DNA of 37,229 bases from Octopus sinensis (Eukaryota): NCBI RefSeq assembly GCF_006345805.1, contig NW_021835943.1, forward strand, positions 1-37,229, read 5' to 3'. Position numbers and translations under genes: made by a program. Of this stretch, positions 12,145 through 24,606 are shown one piece after another (position 1 is the stretch's first letter; each line of letters starts with the position of its first letter). The notes under the pieces are model-generated. The model saw only the letters and a list, made by a program, of their open reading frames with translations. It was not told the origin of the DNA and did no database searches.

Positions 12145-12660
12145 TAGAACAATAGTTCCTATCACCTAGGTGAGCTGTTCAAATAGAACTGGAGTTGGTT
12201 GTAGCGATAGATTAGTAGTAGAGTGAGAGTAAAGAAAGTGAGAAAAATTAAACAGTTAGGGATTGGAGGAACCTATGATACAAGGTTTCTAAGCTGTTCA
12301 AATGTGCAAATGTGTGACTAGTCATAGTTAATAGTTTCTGCTATCTAGGAGGTGTTTGCAGTCATAGAAGAGTAGCGAGTGTGTGTTATGACAGATACAT
12401 AAGAATATTTGGTAGTTAGAGGAACCTATAGTGTAATGCTTCAAATTTGCCCCTATATTGCAAATAAACTATTCCATCTTGTCTTAGAATCATTGAGTAA
12501 AGACAATTCATGGGTATTGTCTTCTTTAACATATTTCTGATGGATTACAATTTTTGGGAAGACCTTCGAAATGAAAAGGCATGTTTTTTCACTTTTTAAT
12601 GAGATAGCCATGTGTGACTAAGCATAGTCAATAGTTCCTGTTACCTAGATAATTGTCAAA
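12145..12660. repeat. Degenerate tandem repeat of about 185 bp; the second unit is interrupted by a captured 157-bp hAT fragment
   Basis: Recurring aatagtt(c/t)ctg(t/c)ta(c/t)ctag, gaggaacctat and atgtgtgacta blocks at about 12151, 12330 and 12630, and again near 13115. Confidence 0.55.
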
Positions 12661-13269
12661 AAGAGAAAAAGTAACACCCGTGGCCCATCGTTTTTTTAGG
12701 ACCCCCGAGATTGGTAGAAAGAAGGGAAGATATTATTCTGAAATTAGAAACCTGACCGAAATGCTTACAATAGATTGCAATCTGCTAACGGTACCCAAGT
12801 ACCGGTTGACGGTTTAAATCTATCAGCCAAGAACTCAGGGGGAGAACAACTGGAACATATATTGTACTTTCTAAAATTTTCACTAGTCTACTGACATTGG
12901 ACTGATACTTATTTTAGCGACTTCCAAAATACTGAAAGCCCAAGTTGACTTCAGTGGGATTTGAAGTCACTGTGCAGATAGCTGAAAAAATACTTACAAA
13001 GGCATGTTCCCCTATGCTAGAACACCTCTCCCAGCTCGCCCGATGTGGTAAGCGTAATAAATAATCAGGTTAGGAGCACCCATAAAATTTAGTCTATCAA
13101 CAAATCATAGTTGATAGTTTCTGTTACCTAGGTGATGTATTTAGTCCTGCAGACGGTTGATAGTGTTAGTATCGTCCGTGAAATTGAAACAGAAGCTCAA
13201 GGAACACTTACGTTTATTGGTAACAAGCAGTTTTTTTTATGCAGACTGTACGAAGCATGTAAAAGAATT

Positions 13270-14860
13270 GTGATGATGCAAATTTGTGAGCCAAAAAGAG
13301 TTTATTGTTGTTGGTTATGTCGCTAAATTGTAGTTTTGTAGCAAAAAACACAAACTCAGAAAAGGCTGTCTGCTTCAATGGAAGTTGAAGGGATATTGCT
13401 GAGGACGAAGAATAATTTCTGCATATTAACGGTTCTATGTTCTGTAATTTCAATAATTTTCATCCCTTTTACAATATTTTTCTTTCTTTAAATCATAAAA
13501 TAGTCGAATGCTTTCTCGATTATTTCAAACACATTTATTAATGACAAAGTTTAATCGCTTTTGTACGAACGTTTCTTTTGATGAGGTCTATATTTCCATT
13601 ATTCTGTATTTGGATTCAGAAAAGAAAATTGAATATTCTTTCAAACGGTTTCTTTGCGATGGCAAAATTAGAAATGAGTCAAGTACATCTAAAATTAAAA
13701 TGAGATTATTGAAAATATTTCAACTATCCAATCAGATGTCTATTTCTTGGCTGTTGGGTTCTTTTCTTCCCACATTTTCTCAGCAAGAGGGACATGAAGT
13801 ATTTTGTTGAAGAAGTTTGCACCTCTTTATCAAGTTTTTCAGCTTTAATTTTAATTGGTTCCAATGCTGATACAACAGCATGAATAGCATGAAATTTATT
13901 GCCAGAAAATCTGAGAGGTGCTTCTTATCGATCATAACGTTTGCAAAACAACTTTTAAGGACACAAAATCTCTCTAATATTGCAAATAAACTATTCCATC
14001 TTGTCTCAGTATCATTGAGTAAAGACAATTCATGGGTATTGTATTCTTTAACATATTTCTGATGGATTGCATTTTATGTGGGAGACCTTAGAAATGAAAA
14101 GGCACGTTTTTTTTCATCTTTTAATGACACAGCCATAGCTGTTTTTCTTCAGCGAGAGTGTCTTCTGCAATGGGAATTATTCCACTTAGTTCATTTCACT
14201 GTAGATCGACATAATTATTAAACACATTCATAATTACAGAATCTACATTTTGATCATCATAGTCAAATGTACCGTCAAACTCATCGTTGCAAACGTCATT
14301 AGTTAAATTAACCTAACTGCGGTTTGATTAAGCTTTTTTTTCTATAAAGAACCACATGGAGTCCATGTTCACAGAGCCGTCTAAAGGTATGGGCAAACTG
14401 AGCTGTTGCCCAAAGGCTTCACGGGTCTAAGAACCCAGTTCTGATCTGCGCATGCTGTAGCATGTAAATACTGTAGGGCCGCCCAGTGCATTGATTTTCC
14501 GGGAGGACTATAATGCTGCTTAGATGGACCTGCATGTATGTAATACACGTGATGCTTGCAATTAATATCTTTACGAAATTTAACCATGACAATAACTCCA
14601 TCAGATTCAATTGCCACTATAGATTTTCAAAATCGAGGCTAAATTCAGAAAGTCTTATTCATAAAAGTTCGATAACTTCTTCAGCAAATAAAACTCTGAC
14701 AATTTCTGAATTCCGGAAGTTGCCAAATGATTTTACATTTACATAAAAAGTATTCTTTTCTTTTAGTTATTTCATTAATCATAAATTTCTTCTAAATCAT
14801 TTCTATATCGAATCATCTGTGATCGACGAGAACCATTCTTTGGTAAAACCAAATATTTAT
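13270..14860 (-). pseudogene. hAT-superfamily transposase remnant, heavily decayed and split by a MITE; limits approximate
   Basis: Minus-strand motifs in order: KEWFSSITDD (first D), AIESDGVIVMVKF..INCKHH|HGLH (DG...CxxH), FLRSPT...KYVKEY..ELSLLNDTETRWNSL, and the dimerisation-domain PSTSIEA..AFS..FATKL. Confidence 0.85.
14372..14532. mobile_element. Small hAT-type MITE inserted in the hAT transposase remnant
   Basis: Imperfect TIRs CAGAGCCGTCTAA / TTAGATGGACCTG. The 8-bp flanks catgttca / catgtatg share 5 bases. The transposase reading continues on either side. Confidence 0.65.
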
Positions 14861-15052
14861 CGGTTATAACTTTCCTAATAAATTCCTATATATTAAGCGA
14901 AAAATCCTGCTTTGGTTATCGTCTCTTTCCCACTGCGCTGCTTGGTTTTGGGGTACCCTGAACAGTAGAAATTTCTATTGCATAATATAATTTGTACCTA
15001 CACAGATGATGTGTTGGATCAACTGTTGTCTATTGAATGAATATAATAATAA

Positions 15053-17247
15053 CACTGGTCTACAAGGCTTTTGGTGTTTAAAAATATACATCATTCCTAT
15101 ACAAAATCGGTCTCCTGAACCCAAGTATAACTTTCTTTTTGACTTATCAGATCTAATTTTTTAAAGTTATTGAAATCCCTATAATCACTATGTATGTGTG
15201 TACGTCCAATACGCAGTGTTCATTACCTTATTCTAATTCTAAGTTTTTATTTCTTTTTCCCTACTTTTTAGATGTTATGGTGAACTAAACAATAGAAAAT
15301 GAGCAAGATGTCCGCTTCAAGAAAGTGTTGCATTAATTCTCCAAATGTGCTTTGTTATGTTGGTGGAGAATACACATTACCTGAAAATTGAAATATGCCA
15401 CTGATTTTGTTGAAAGAGCGTATTTGTCATATTTTGGGGTCAAGCTGGGAGACCAAGATAAATATAGGGCAACGCATAGTGACTGCAAACAATGTACAGA
15501 ACATTTGTGACAATGGACTAAAGGGACAAGGAAAAGTATGAGGGTTGCTATACCAATGGTATGGCGGGAACCCTATAATCATGCGGATGACTGCTATTTT
15601 TGTAAACTAAATTTGAAGGGTTTTAACCAGAAAAATCGACAAACACTTGTCTATCGTAATCTTGTCTTTGCTATTAGACCGTTTCCACACAGTGAAGAGC
15701 TTCCTGTTCTTGTCTTCAATGTCTTGCCTCAGATAAATTTATCCTCAACCAAAGAAGATTCATCACCTGAAGGAGACACTAGAAATCAAGACTTTTCAGT
15801 TGAGATTTTACCTCAGCTTTTCTCCCAGGCAGAGATGAATGATCTAGTTCGTGACTTGAACCTCCCAAAAAGTTCTGCAGAACTGTTGGGTTCTCGACTG
15901 AAAGAGAAGAGTCTTCTAGAGAATGGTGTCCGTTTAACATTTTATCGGAGTCGGCATGAGGAGTTCCTTTCGTTTTTTACAAAAGAAGAAGAGCTGGTTT
16001 ACTGGAGAGAGGTCAGTGGGCTTCTTACTAAACTTGGCATTGAGGAATACAAATCAGAGGAATGGCGTCCTTTTATAGACAGCTCTAAGCGTAGTTTAAA
16101 GTGTGTATTGTTGCACAACGGAAATGTGTATGACTCTGTCTCACTCGGCCACTCAACAACTCTGAAGGAAAAATATGAAGAAATTAGGTTGGTTTTAGAG
16201 AAGATATTGTATCATGACCATAATGGGTCATCTGCGTTGACTTAAAGATGGTGAATTTTCTCAAGAGACAGCAATCTAGTTATACCAAATACCCATGCTT
16301 TCTTTGCATGTGGGAAAGTAGAGACCAAGGAAACCATAATGTTAAGAAAGACTGGCTGCCTCGAACAAATATGGCTCCATGTAGAGCTGCCAATATATTG
16401 GAAGAACCTTTAGTTGGGCGAGATAAGATCATTTTCGCCCCCTTTGCACATCAAACTCGGATTGATCAAGCAATTCGTCAAAGCTCTTGACAAAAATGGG
16501 GAGTGCTTCAAGTATATCTGCAGTGTATTTTCAGACTTGACGATTGAAAAACTTAAAGTAGGAATTTTTGATGATCGACCACAGATTCGTAAGCTCTTGA
16601 AGGACACAAATTTCATGAAAGTAATGAGCGAAAATGAAGCATCAGCTTGGCTAGCTTTTGCAGAAGTAGAGCAAAATTTCCTTGGGAAACACAAAATGAA
16701 AAATATAAAAACCTTGTTACCAACCTGATATCAACTTTTCGTGATATTGGCGCGAATATGAACATCAAAATGCATTATCTTTTTAGTCATCTTGATTGTT
16801 TTCCTGAAAATGTCGGAGATGTTAGCGATGAACAAGGCGAACGATTCTATCAGGACATCAAGGAGATGGAAACTCGGTACAAAGGACGTTGGGACGCTGT
16901 GATGATGGCAGACTATTGCTGGCGTTTTAAACGAGATGCTCCTGTTGCTCAACATTCACAGTGCACAAAGAAGCGCAAATTCATTCCTTTAATTTTCTGC
17001 CAAAAATCTTAACCAATGTGCTTTTTCAATTTTGAACTTTTATTTGTACTTCGTTTTGTTTTGTGTTACGATCTCGTTATTGATTCAAACTATATGCCTT
17101 TTGAATGAATAAGACACTCTATCAGGTTTAGTCAGAAAACTAGACCTGATAGAGAAAAACTGAAGTTATTTTTGAATTTAGCAGGTACAATCACTTAAGA
17201 ATTCGTTGAAAGGCACCAGACAAAAAAATTTCTTTTTTTGTCCAGTG
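15053..17247 (+). mobile_element. Chapaev3-like (CMC group) DNA transposon
   Basis: Termini CACTGG...CCAGTG with TAA / TTA flanks (both TWA) enclose a decayed transposase whose motifs I recognise from Chapaev3 elements. The classification is from memory of the family, not a search. Confidence 0.75.
15299..17012 (+). pseudogene. Chapaev3-like transposase with frameshifts and stops
   Basis: MSKMSASRKCCINSPNVLCYVGGEY, YFGVKLGDQDK, PMVWREPYNHADDCYFC, FIDSSKRSLKCVLLHNGN, YTKYPCFLCMWESR, PPLHIKLGLIKQFVKAL and HLDCFPENVGDVSDEQGERFYQDI. Confidence 0.88.
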
Positions 17248-17857
17248 TTATTTCCTGCAGTAATACGGTGGGATCAAATACAATGTTGAAGCTTACAGAC
17301 AGAGTTTGAACTCTGTCATAGATCCAAAGCTATTAATTACTGCTGAGCGCGTTACCTTCTGTGCCACCAATATAGATTTGATATTAATATCACGGAAAAT
17401 TGTATTTAGATAATAGTGATAATGATGGTTTCAAATTTTGGCACAAGGCCAGTAATTTTGGGGAGTCGGGGTTAGTTGCATGATTATACATTTTGTGATT
17501 TTAGTTTACATGTTTTCAAAATAATTAGTGATTGAAGTTAAACAAAGTTCCATATCATACATTTAAGAAGATTAATATTGCTTATTGATTAGTTATCATT
17601 ATTCTTATTCATGTAACATCTTGCAAGAAGTAAATCAATTGTATAAATGTTTTCCCAGTGCAGCTTAGTAAACAAGTTTGCTTGTCACTTTTAACTATTA
17701 GATTTATGGAAAAATCTCGTACATTCATGGGAAGAAAAATCTATCAATATAATTTACTTTGGATTATATTTCTCTTATAGTTTCAATCTGTTTTTCCTTC
17801 AAGGAAGTTGTTTTCTGTTGGCCAATTCTTTTTAGTTATACTAGTTTCTGAGAGAAT

Positions 17858-18330
17858 ATCTTTGTGAACAATCTTTAAATCGCATAAAAGGCCGCATGTT
17901 GAACTTTCTGAGCATTTTAAGACTGTCTTTGCGCCGGACAGAATGCTTAGCAGCACTTCTTTTAGCTCTTTATGTTTTGAGTTCACATGCAGACACATTG
18001 GGCTAATGTAGCCTTTCATATACTATGATTGAAAATAATACATGATGGTCATCGTTGGAACGCTGTTGATCATTGGTCTGCTCCGGCAGAATTTAGCTTG
18101 GGTTGAACAACCTTCATTACAACAATTTTGAGCGTTTTGTTTTTTATCATAAAATATTTAACCACATTCAGAATAAGTCATATAGTTATGTAGATCTTTG
18201 TGAACGATCTTTAAATTGCATAAAAGTTCGCATGTTGAACTTTCTGAACATTTTAAGACTGTCTTTGCGCCGGGCAGAATACTTAGCAGCATTTCTTTTA
18301 GCTCTTTACGTTTTGAGTTCAAATACAGAC
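17858..18330. repeat. Local tandem duplication with a 336-bp period, including a SINE fragment; third partial copy at 18818-19080
   Basis: The block starting atctttgtgaac recurs at 17858 and 18194. The block gacacattgg...tagat at about 17992-18197 recurs at 18818-19080 with an extra insert. Confidence 0.85.
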
Positions 18331-19352
18331 GAGGTCAAGTTTTCCTTTTATTCTTTCAGGATCGATTAAATAAGTACCAGTTAAGTAATGAGGCCGATGT
18401 AATCGATTATCCTCGTCCTCTTAAAATTGTTGCCCTTGTACCAAATCTGAAACCATTTTATAATTAAATTTTGAAGTAATATTGTCTAGAATTCTAGAAG
18501 AAAATACAATCCATGGAATTCTTTTTGCCAACATTTGGGTCGATACTCCAATTTCCTCCCGTCAGTTTTAGAGCCCCGCAAAAGTCATGGGTGCTACCGT
18601 TCTTCCTTTGAGTGAGGCTTGTTAAGATTTTACTGTAGTAATGGCAACTAGAATAACAGAAGCCCCAAGATAAGGGTGCTTTTTAAAATTGTCGTACAGT
18701 AAAGAAAACTGTCAATAAAGTGCTAATTGGCTTAAAGTCTCTATGTTATTGCTTGATTTGTTAGACATAGTAGTGAAATCTCCTCCAAACCAACCCCTAA
18801 GGTTATAGTAAATGAAAGACACATTGGCTAATGTAACCTTTCATATACCATGATTGAAAATAATACATGATGGTCATCGTTGGAACGCTATTGATCATTG
18901 GTCTGCTCTGCCAGAGTTTAACTTGGGTTGAACAACAACCTTCATTACAGCAATTTTGAGCGTTTTATTTTCTATTTCATTTGGGTTTGAGTCCATGCTC
19001 AGGCCAAGTCGAAGACTCCACCCTCCACTATCATAAAATATTTAACCATATTCAGAATAAGTCATGTAGTTGTGTAGATTTAGCTGTTTATCTATTTTGT
19101 CTCCTTGCTGGGAGATTAAGTGGCTCTGAAATCATCTATAATTCTTATGTGAAATGTGGAGAGGCAGAGCAGAGCTTTACAGTTTTTATTAGTTAAATAT
19201 TTATATAGCTTAATTTTGATGTAAAAGATAAGGCAGACGCTCGATGGTGTAATTTGTAATAGTCATTTGCAATGCGATAAACATGAAGTCTGAGTACGTC
19301 AAAGGGTATGTTCTCTTTGTATCCTAGATTACAGCTTATCATTTAGTTCCCT

Positions 19353-19500
19353 ATGTGTGTGTGTATGTCTGTGTGTGTTTATATGTGTGTATGCGTGTAT
19401 GTGTGTATGTGTGTGTATGTATGTGTATGTTTGTGTGTGCGTGCGTGTGTGTGCGCGTACGTACGTGCGTGAGTGCGTGCGTATGTTTGTATATGTGTGT

Positions 19501-19540
<40 letters not shown>

Positions 19541-19837
19541 TTGTGATTAATTCAGTAATAATTTCGAAATGATTCTAACAAGTTGCAGCTTGTTAGAATA
19601 AAAGCAAATGAATTTCAGAAACTCTATTTGCTATACACATTTAGATTATTATGTAGAGTACATACACACATATACATACATACATACATACATACATACA
19701 TACATACATGCATGCACGCACGCACGCACGCACACATACATACATACATACATACATACATACATACATACACACATACATACATACATACATACATACA
19801 TACATACATACATACATACATACATACATACATACAT
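19353..19837. repeat. (TG)n and (TACA)n microsatellites
   Basis: Direct reading. Confidence 0.9.
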
Positions 19838-20605
19838 ACTACCAACAGATTTGCAAAAAACCTAGAAATACTCGACGCGGAATCTTAATGGTACAATGAA
19901 GATTTGTAATTACGGAGATGTACTTGCCTAGCAAGTGACCTGATCTGAGATCGTGTGCTGAAACAGAAACAATTGCAGCGTGGAAGGTGCTTATAAGCCA
20001 TTTAAAAACACAAAACCCGTTAGATTTACTTCAACATTTAAATTTAATTTGCCAAAATATTTTCGTCGCCTTGAAACTGCGACCTGTTCACTGACAAAAC
20101 TCCGTGGGCAACTCTCCTAAGTGAGAAAGTCTTGTCGCTTTGTTAGCGACCAGCTTGAACTCCCTTAAAAAGAACTTAAATAGAACTAAAAGAAATCATA
20201 CTTACAAACATACATGTACATCTGTGTGTATTATGTATAAATTTTAATTTGGTGTTTGTTATTTTAATGAAAGTTTATAACGATATCAGCAGAATACTTA
20301 TTAAAGTAGGATCCCGTAGAAAAAGCAGAATCAGTTTTAATAAAAAAAAGAAGCTTTTTCATTTGAACATTCTGTTTTGTGTATGTATGTATGTATGTAT
20401 GTATGTATGTATGTATGTATGTATGTATGAATGTATGTATGTATGTATGTATGTATGTATGTATGTATGTACGTATGTATGAGTGTGTATGTGTGTGTAT
20501 GTTTGTATGTACGCATGTATATAGTTTTATATACATGTTTGCACCTATGCGAATGTATATGTGTGTATCTGTGCGATTGTATTCATGAATGGCTGCATAT
20601 TCAAA

Positions 20606-20706
20606 GACGCAGGCATGGCGGAATAGTTGAGAAGTTCGCTTCAGAACCACGAGGTCACAGGTTCGATCTCACTTCGTGGTATTTGGGGCATATCTCGGGT
20701 CGACCT
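20606..20706 (+). mobile_element. tRNA-derived SINE head, degenerate
   Basis: A-box-like TGGCGGAATAGTTG and B-box-like GGTTCGATCTC (20660-20670) at tRNA-like spacing; no intact cloverleaf. Confidence 0.6.
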
Positions 20707-21377
20707 TAAACTTCTAAAGGAAAATGGATACACGGAAACGATAGAGATTTGCATGTTAGTTTGATTCGCATCCGTAATTCAAACCATCTTGCTTCTTTTA
20801 AACTGTTTTCATGCTGATTTACCCGAGCATTATATCTAGAATATACGTATCAGTGGAATTCTCATTCGCTTATATTATCATTGATGAGAAGGTAGTTCAG
20901 TTGATGGACACAATTGAAATAATCATTGTCAAGACGGATGAAGATCGATTTATTTTTTTGCCGAAGACAGTTGGCCTTTCCAGCTTGGAGTTGATAATAT
21001 TTTTGCTTATTTGATGTGTATTAATAATTTCCTCAATATGTGAAACCTGTTTGCATTACAGGACCAATCACTCGCCGAACTTTTGAAACAGCTGTAAAGC
21101 TATATCTTCTTGTAATATGAATATATATGTTACATCGCATGTAAATTAATTACTCATAACTGTGTGTTCATCTTTGGCCTATTTTTTACTCGTTCGAGTT
21201 AGGCAATTTTTATGGGCAGTCCCTGTTCAGCTCGACTATTTTTACCTTGATTAGGAAGAAAGAGTTTAAGAATGTGACCAGTCAGTGCACTGATTCGGTG
21301 CTTATCTAAATAAAGAGATATATACATATATATATATACCTACTTCCATTATGCATATATACATTTATATGTACACA

Positions 21378-21457
<80 letters not shown>

Positions 21458-21908
21458 TGCAACACATATTTTGGTCGGATAACTTTTTTGCTACCCTGGA
21501 GTTTTTACTTGTGTACTCACAGGGTTATCAGGCAACTTGTAAAGTGTGTCGTATGTGTGTATATGTCTCTGTGTGTGTATGTTTCTGTGTGCGTGTATAT
21601 ATGTGTATATCTCTGTGTGAGTGTGTGCGGGCGCGCACATGTGCACATAGAGGTGTCTTTATCCTTATGTCAGTAGAGGTAGCTGTCAGCGGGGGTATTT
21701 GTAGGAAGTAGAATATGATCCTTTGTTGGCCCCTTAACTACAGTATTTGTTTAGGGGTGTTTGGACAAAAATCTAGTTTAATCCTCTAAACTAATCCCAT
21801 TGTAATCTTACTTAATCTCCTTTATGTTATGGTGTTGAGGTGTTTTGTCCTCTGACTGTATGCCTGCGTGCGGGCAGGTGTTTGTACATGTGTGTATATA
21901 TGTACGCA

Positions 21909-21909
<1 letters not shown>

Positions 21910-22000
<91 letters not shown>

Positions 22001-22058
22001 CATCCATCTTTCTATCTATCTACCTATCTATCTGTCTGCCTATTTATCAGTCTGACTG

Positions 22059-22103
<45 letters not shown>

Positions 22104-22141
22104 TTGTCTGTCTGTCTGTTTGTCAGTCTGTCTATTTATCA

Positions 22142-22203
<62 letters not shown>

Positions 22204-22384
22204 TTGTATGTCTGTCTGTCTGTCTGTCTGCCTGCCTGTTTGTCTGTTTGTCTGTCTGTCTGTCTAACTATATACAGGTACGTACGTTTGTGTGAGTATA
22301 TCTTTATAATATAATAATATAATATAATATAATATAATATAATATAATATAATATAATATAATGTAATATAATATAATATAATA
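21910..22384. repeat. (TCTA)n/(TCTG)n tract followed by an (AATAT)n pentanucleotide repeat
   Basis: Direct reading. Confidence 0.93.
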
Positions 22385-22385
22385 C

Positions 22386-22939
22386 CGCTTTAGAAGGACC
22401 CTAGACAAACTTAAGCTAAGAATTAAGGTTGTTAAAAAGCTAGGCAACCCTATCAAATCTATAATTGGTAGAACCTATCCTTTTAGTAGAACCCCCTGTA
22501 CGGATAAGTACTGTACTGTATGTAGATTTAGCCCACAAACAAACTGTAAAGCCAGAAATGTAGAGTATAGTATAAGATGTATAGAGGGACGATGCAGTAA
22601 CAAGACAACGACATACGTAGGGGAAACGGCAAGAAGCATAGGAGAGCGGGTAAATGGACATTGGAGACAATTCAAGGAAGGTAAAAGCTCATCGATTCTG
22701 TACCAAGACGCCGAACAGGAACACGGGGGAATCAATCAACAATATAGAAATTAAAATATTGTCCACACATAGAACAGATGCAACAATCAGACAAATTACA
22801 GAAGCTACACACAAAATAGAAAATAAACCTAGCCTGAATAGAAAATTAGAATGGAGCACTAGCACACACCACAACATATTACGATAGAGGATCCCGAAAG
22901 CATAATAAATACACAGATAAATAAACAAATAGAAATAAA

Positions 22940-22997
<58 letters not shown>

Positions 22998-23420
22998 CGA
23001 TTCGATTTATTATTATTATTACTAGTATTGTTGTTATACATACATACAAGCATATGTAATGATAATAATAAGTGGATGTAAACACATGAACAAAATAAGA
23101 ATAAACAAAAACAACAACAACAAAAACAAAATACAAATTACACGAACGTATATAAACAGAAGATACAAATATTACAGGCATCTCCCCACATACACACACT
23201 AAATAAACATAGACGCACATAGAGATATAAGCATGCGCAAATGAAGACATACAATAGAAATACAAAATGGCTGACGGTTAGTAAGGAGAGACACAAATAA
23301 AAAAGAAGAAAACAAAGGACCACTGATGCGGTCACAGGAGTGTGACGAAAGAACTCTGGCCGAAATAAGTTTAAGATTAATGTAAAAAATAAATAACACT
23401 GGAGCAAAATAACACCTAAT
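22386..23420 (+). mobile_element. 5'-truncated Penelope-like element (second family): linker, GIY-YIG and 3' terminal region; 3' limit approximate
   Basis: The frame from 22386 reads RFRRTLDKLKLRIKVVKKLGNPIKSIIGRTYPFSRTPCTDKYCTVC...NCKARNVEYSIRC...YVGETARSIGERVNGH, then shifts to DATIRQITEA...KPSLN. A hammerhead-like motif lies about 430 bp past the stop. Confidence 0.8.
23317..23361 (+). ncRNA. Type I hammerhead-like motif with an A9C core change
   Basis: Reads GGACCA-CTGATGC-G-GTCACA-ggag-TGTGAC-GAAAG-aa-CTC-TGGCC: 6-bp stem II, stem I CCA/TGG plus GG/CC, and a CUC triplet ending at 23356. Confidence 0.6.
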
Positions 23421-23653
23421 ATATAGTGCGTGTGTTTTTATTGGCTAAACTAGCAAAATGACCATTCCGAAATATATCAATATATATATATATGAGAAAG
23501 TTGGTTTGTGAAAGCACGTGGTTGAATATATAGAAAATAGTAAAAAGTGAAAAAACTACAGAAGGCTTGTTTTAAAAGGTTAAAGAATATATATTTAAGT
23601 CAATATGTCTGAAGAATATTATAAATTTTTTTTGTTACAATGACATAGTTTAG

Positions 23654-23692
23654 AAGAAAGACCGGTTTCGCGTTTAGCTTTTCAAATTTCTT
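23654..23692 (-). ncRNA. Hammerhead-like motif with a U3:A8 core (sense copy in the PLE terminal repeat)
   Basis: Minus strand reads AAGAAA-t-TTGAAAA-GC-taaac-GC-GAAAC-cg-GTC-TTTCTT. Confidence 0.5.
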
Positions 23693-24153
23693 ACGTCGTT
23701 ATGTTTATGTTGAGAAGAGTTATCGTTATGTTTATGTTGAAAAGAGTTCTAAATAAGGGGAGGTAATAAGTGATTTCTTCCGGTGTAAGGGAGATAATCG
23801 CTTAAATTTTTTCCTTTCCTTTGGGGTGAATTTCTCTGTATAAGTATGTTTGAATGGTTAAGTCTGGGCTTGTACTTTTCAATGAAGAATGTTTCCTTGT
23901 TTAGTCTAGTTTGTGTTGAGGATCCGATAGCACATTGGTAAAATGGAAAGATTAAAAATTGTGGTAGTAGTTGCTTTGCGCATTTCTCAATGTGCTCACT
24001 AAAAGGTATCATTCTGTATTCTGGGAATGCAATCTGTTGTCGATGCAGTGTGCATCTACGTCTGAGTGATAATCACTTATTATCTCCCCTCATTTAGAAC
24101 TCTTTTCAACATAAACATAACGATAACTCTTCTCAACATAAACATAACGACGT

Positions 24154-24192
24154 AAGAAATTTGAAAAGCTAAACGCGAAACCGGTCTTTCTT
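24154..24192 (+). ncRNA. Hammerhead-like motif with a U3:A8 core (inverted-arm copy)
   Basis: Same 39-nt motif as 23654-23692; the GUC triplet ends at 24186. Confidence 0.5.
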
Positions 24193-24326
24193 CTAAACTA
24201 TGTCATTGTAACAAAAAAAATTTATAATATTCTTCAGACATATTGACTTAAATATATATTCTTTAACCTATTAAAACAAGCCTTCTGTAGTTTTTTCACT
24301 TTTTACTATTTTCTATATATATATAT

Positions 24327-24568
24327 ATGTCCTGTACGTATATATATTTATATATGCATGTATATATACATGTAGATGTCGGTACGTACATATATGTTTG
24401 TATGTATGCATATATTTTATTTATTACAATATTGTCTGACAGCGCTTCGCGTCGGGTTCGTTTGAATTTTTGATTTTTCGAATTCTCACTTCGTTCCGTC
24501 TCTTTCCTCCTTGTCCGTTTTTACAGTTTACTACAATGATGCGAAACTCTCTCCCTTTGCTTTACCTT

Positions 24569-24606
<38 letters not shown>

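Larger units (their letters stand above)
23526..24320 (-). mobile_element. Severely 5'-truncated PLE with an inverted terminal repeat (250-bp arms)
   Basis: Arms 23526-23775 and 24071-24320 are near-perfect reverse complements and share a 27-bp internal duplication. The spacer encodes on minus SLRRRCTLHRQQIAFPEYRMIPFSEH...IFPFY...ETFFIEKYKPRLN, homologous to the GIY-YIG end of the PLE at 2850-3031. Confidence 0.9.

Noticed and set aside
12145-13140. Spaced short repeats superficially like a CRISPR array
   Set aside because: Repeats are degenerate, spacing is irregular, spacers are related to each other, and the context is eukaryotic with no cas genes.
19935-19970. ctgatctgagatcgtgtgctgaaac
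   Set aside because: Core spacing is wrong and stems I-III do not form.
20606-20706. tRNA-like A/B boxes here and at 34786-34850
   Set aside because: No complete cloverleaf, and both continue into SINE bodies; called SINE heads, not tRNA genes.
20811-21014. 67-aa plus-strand ORF in non-repetitive-looking DNA
   Set aside because: Non-ATG start, no motif and no convincing splice boundaries.
22875-22910. acgatagaggatcccgaaagcata after the second PLE ORF
   Set aside because: Has GAAA and a tiny hairpin but no CUGANGA-compatible core or NUH in register.
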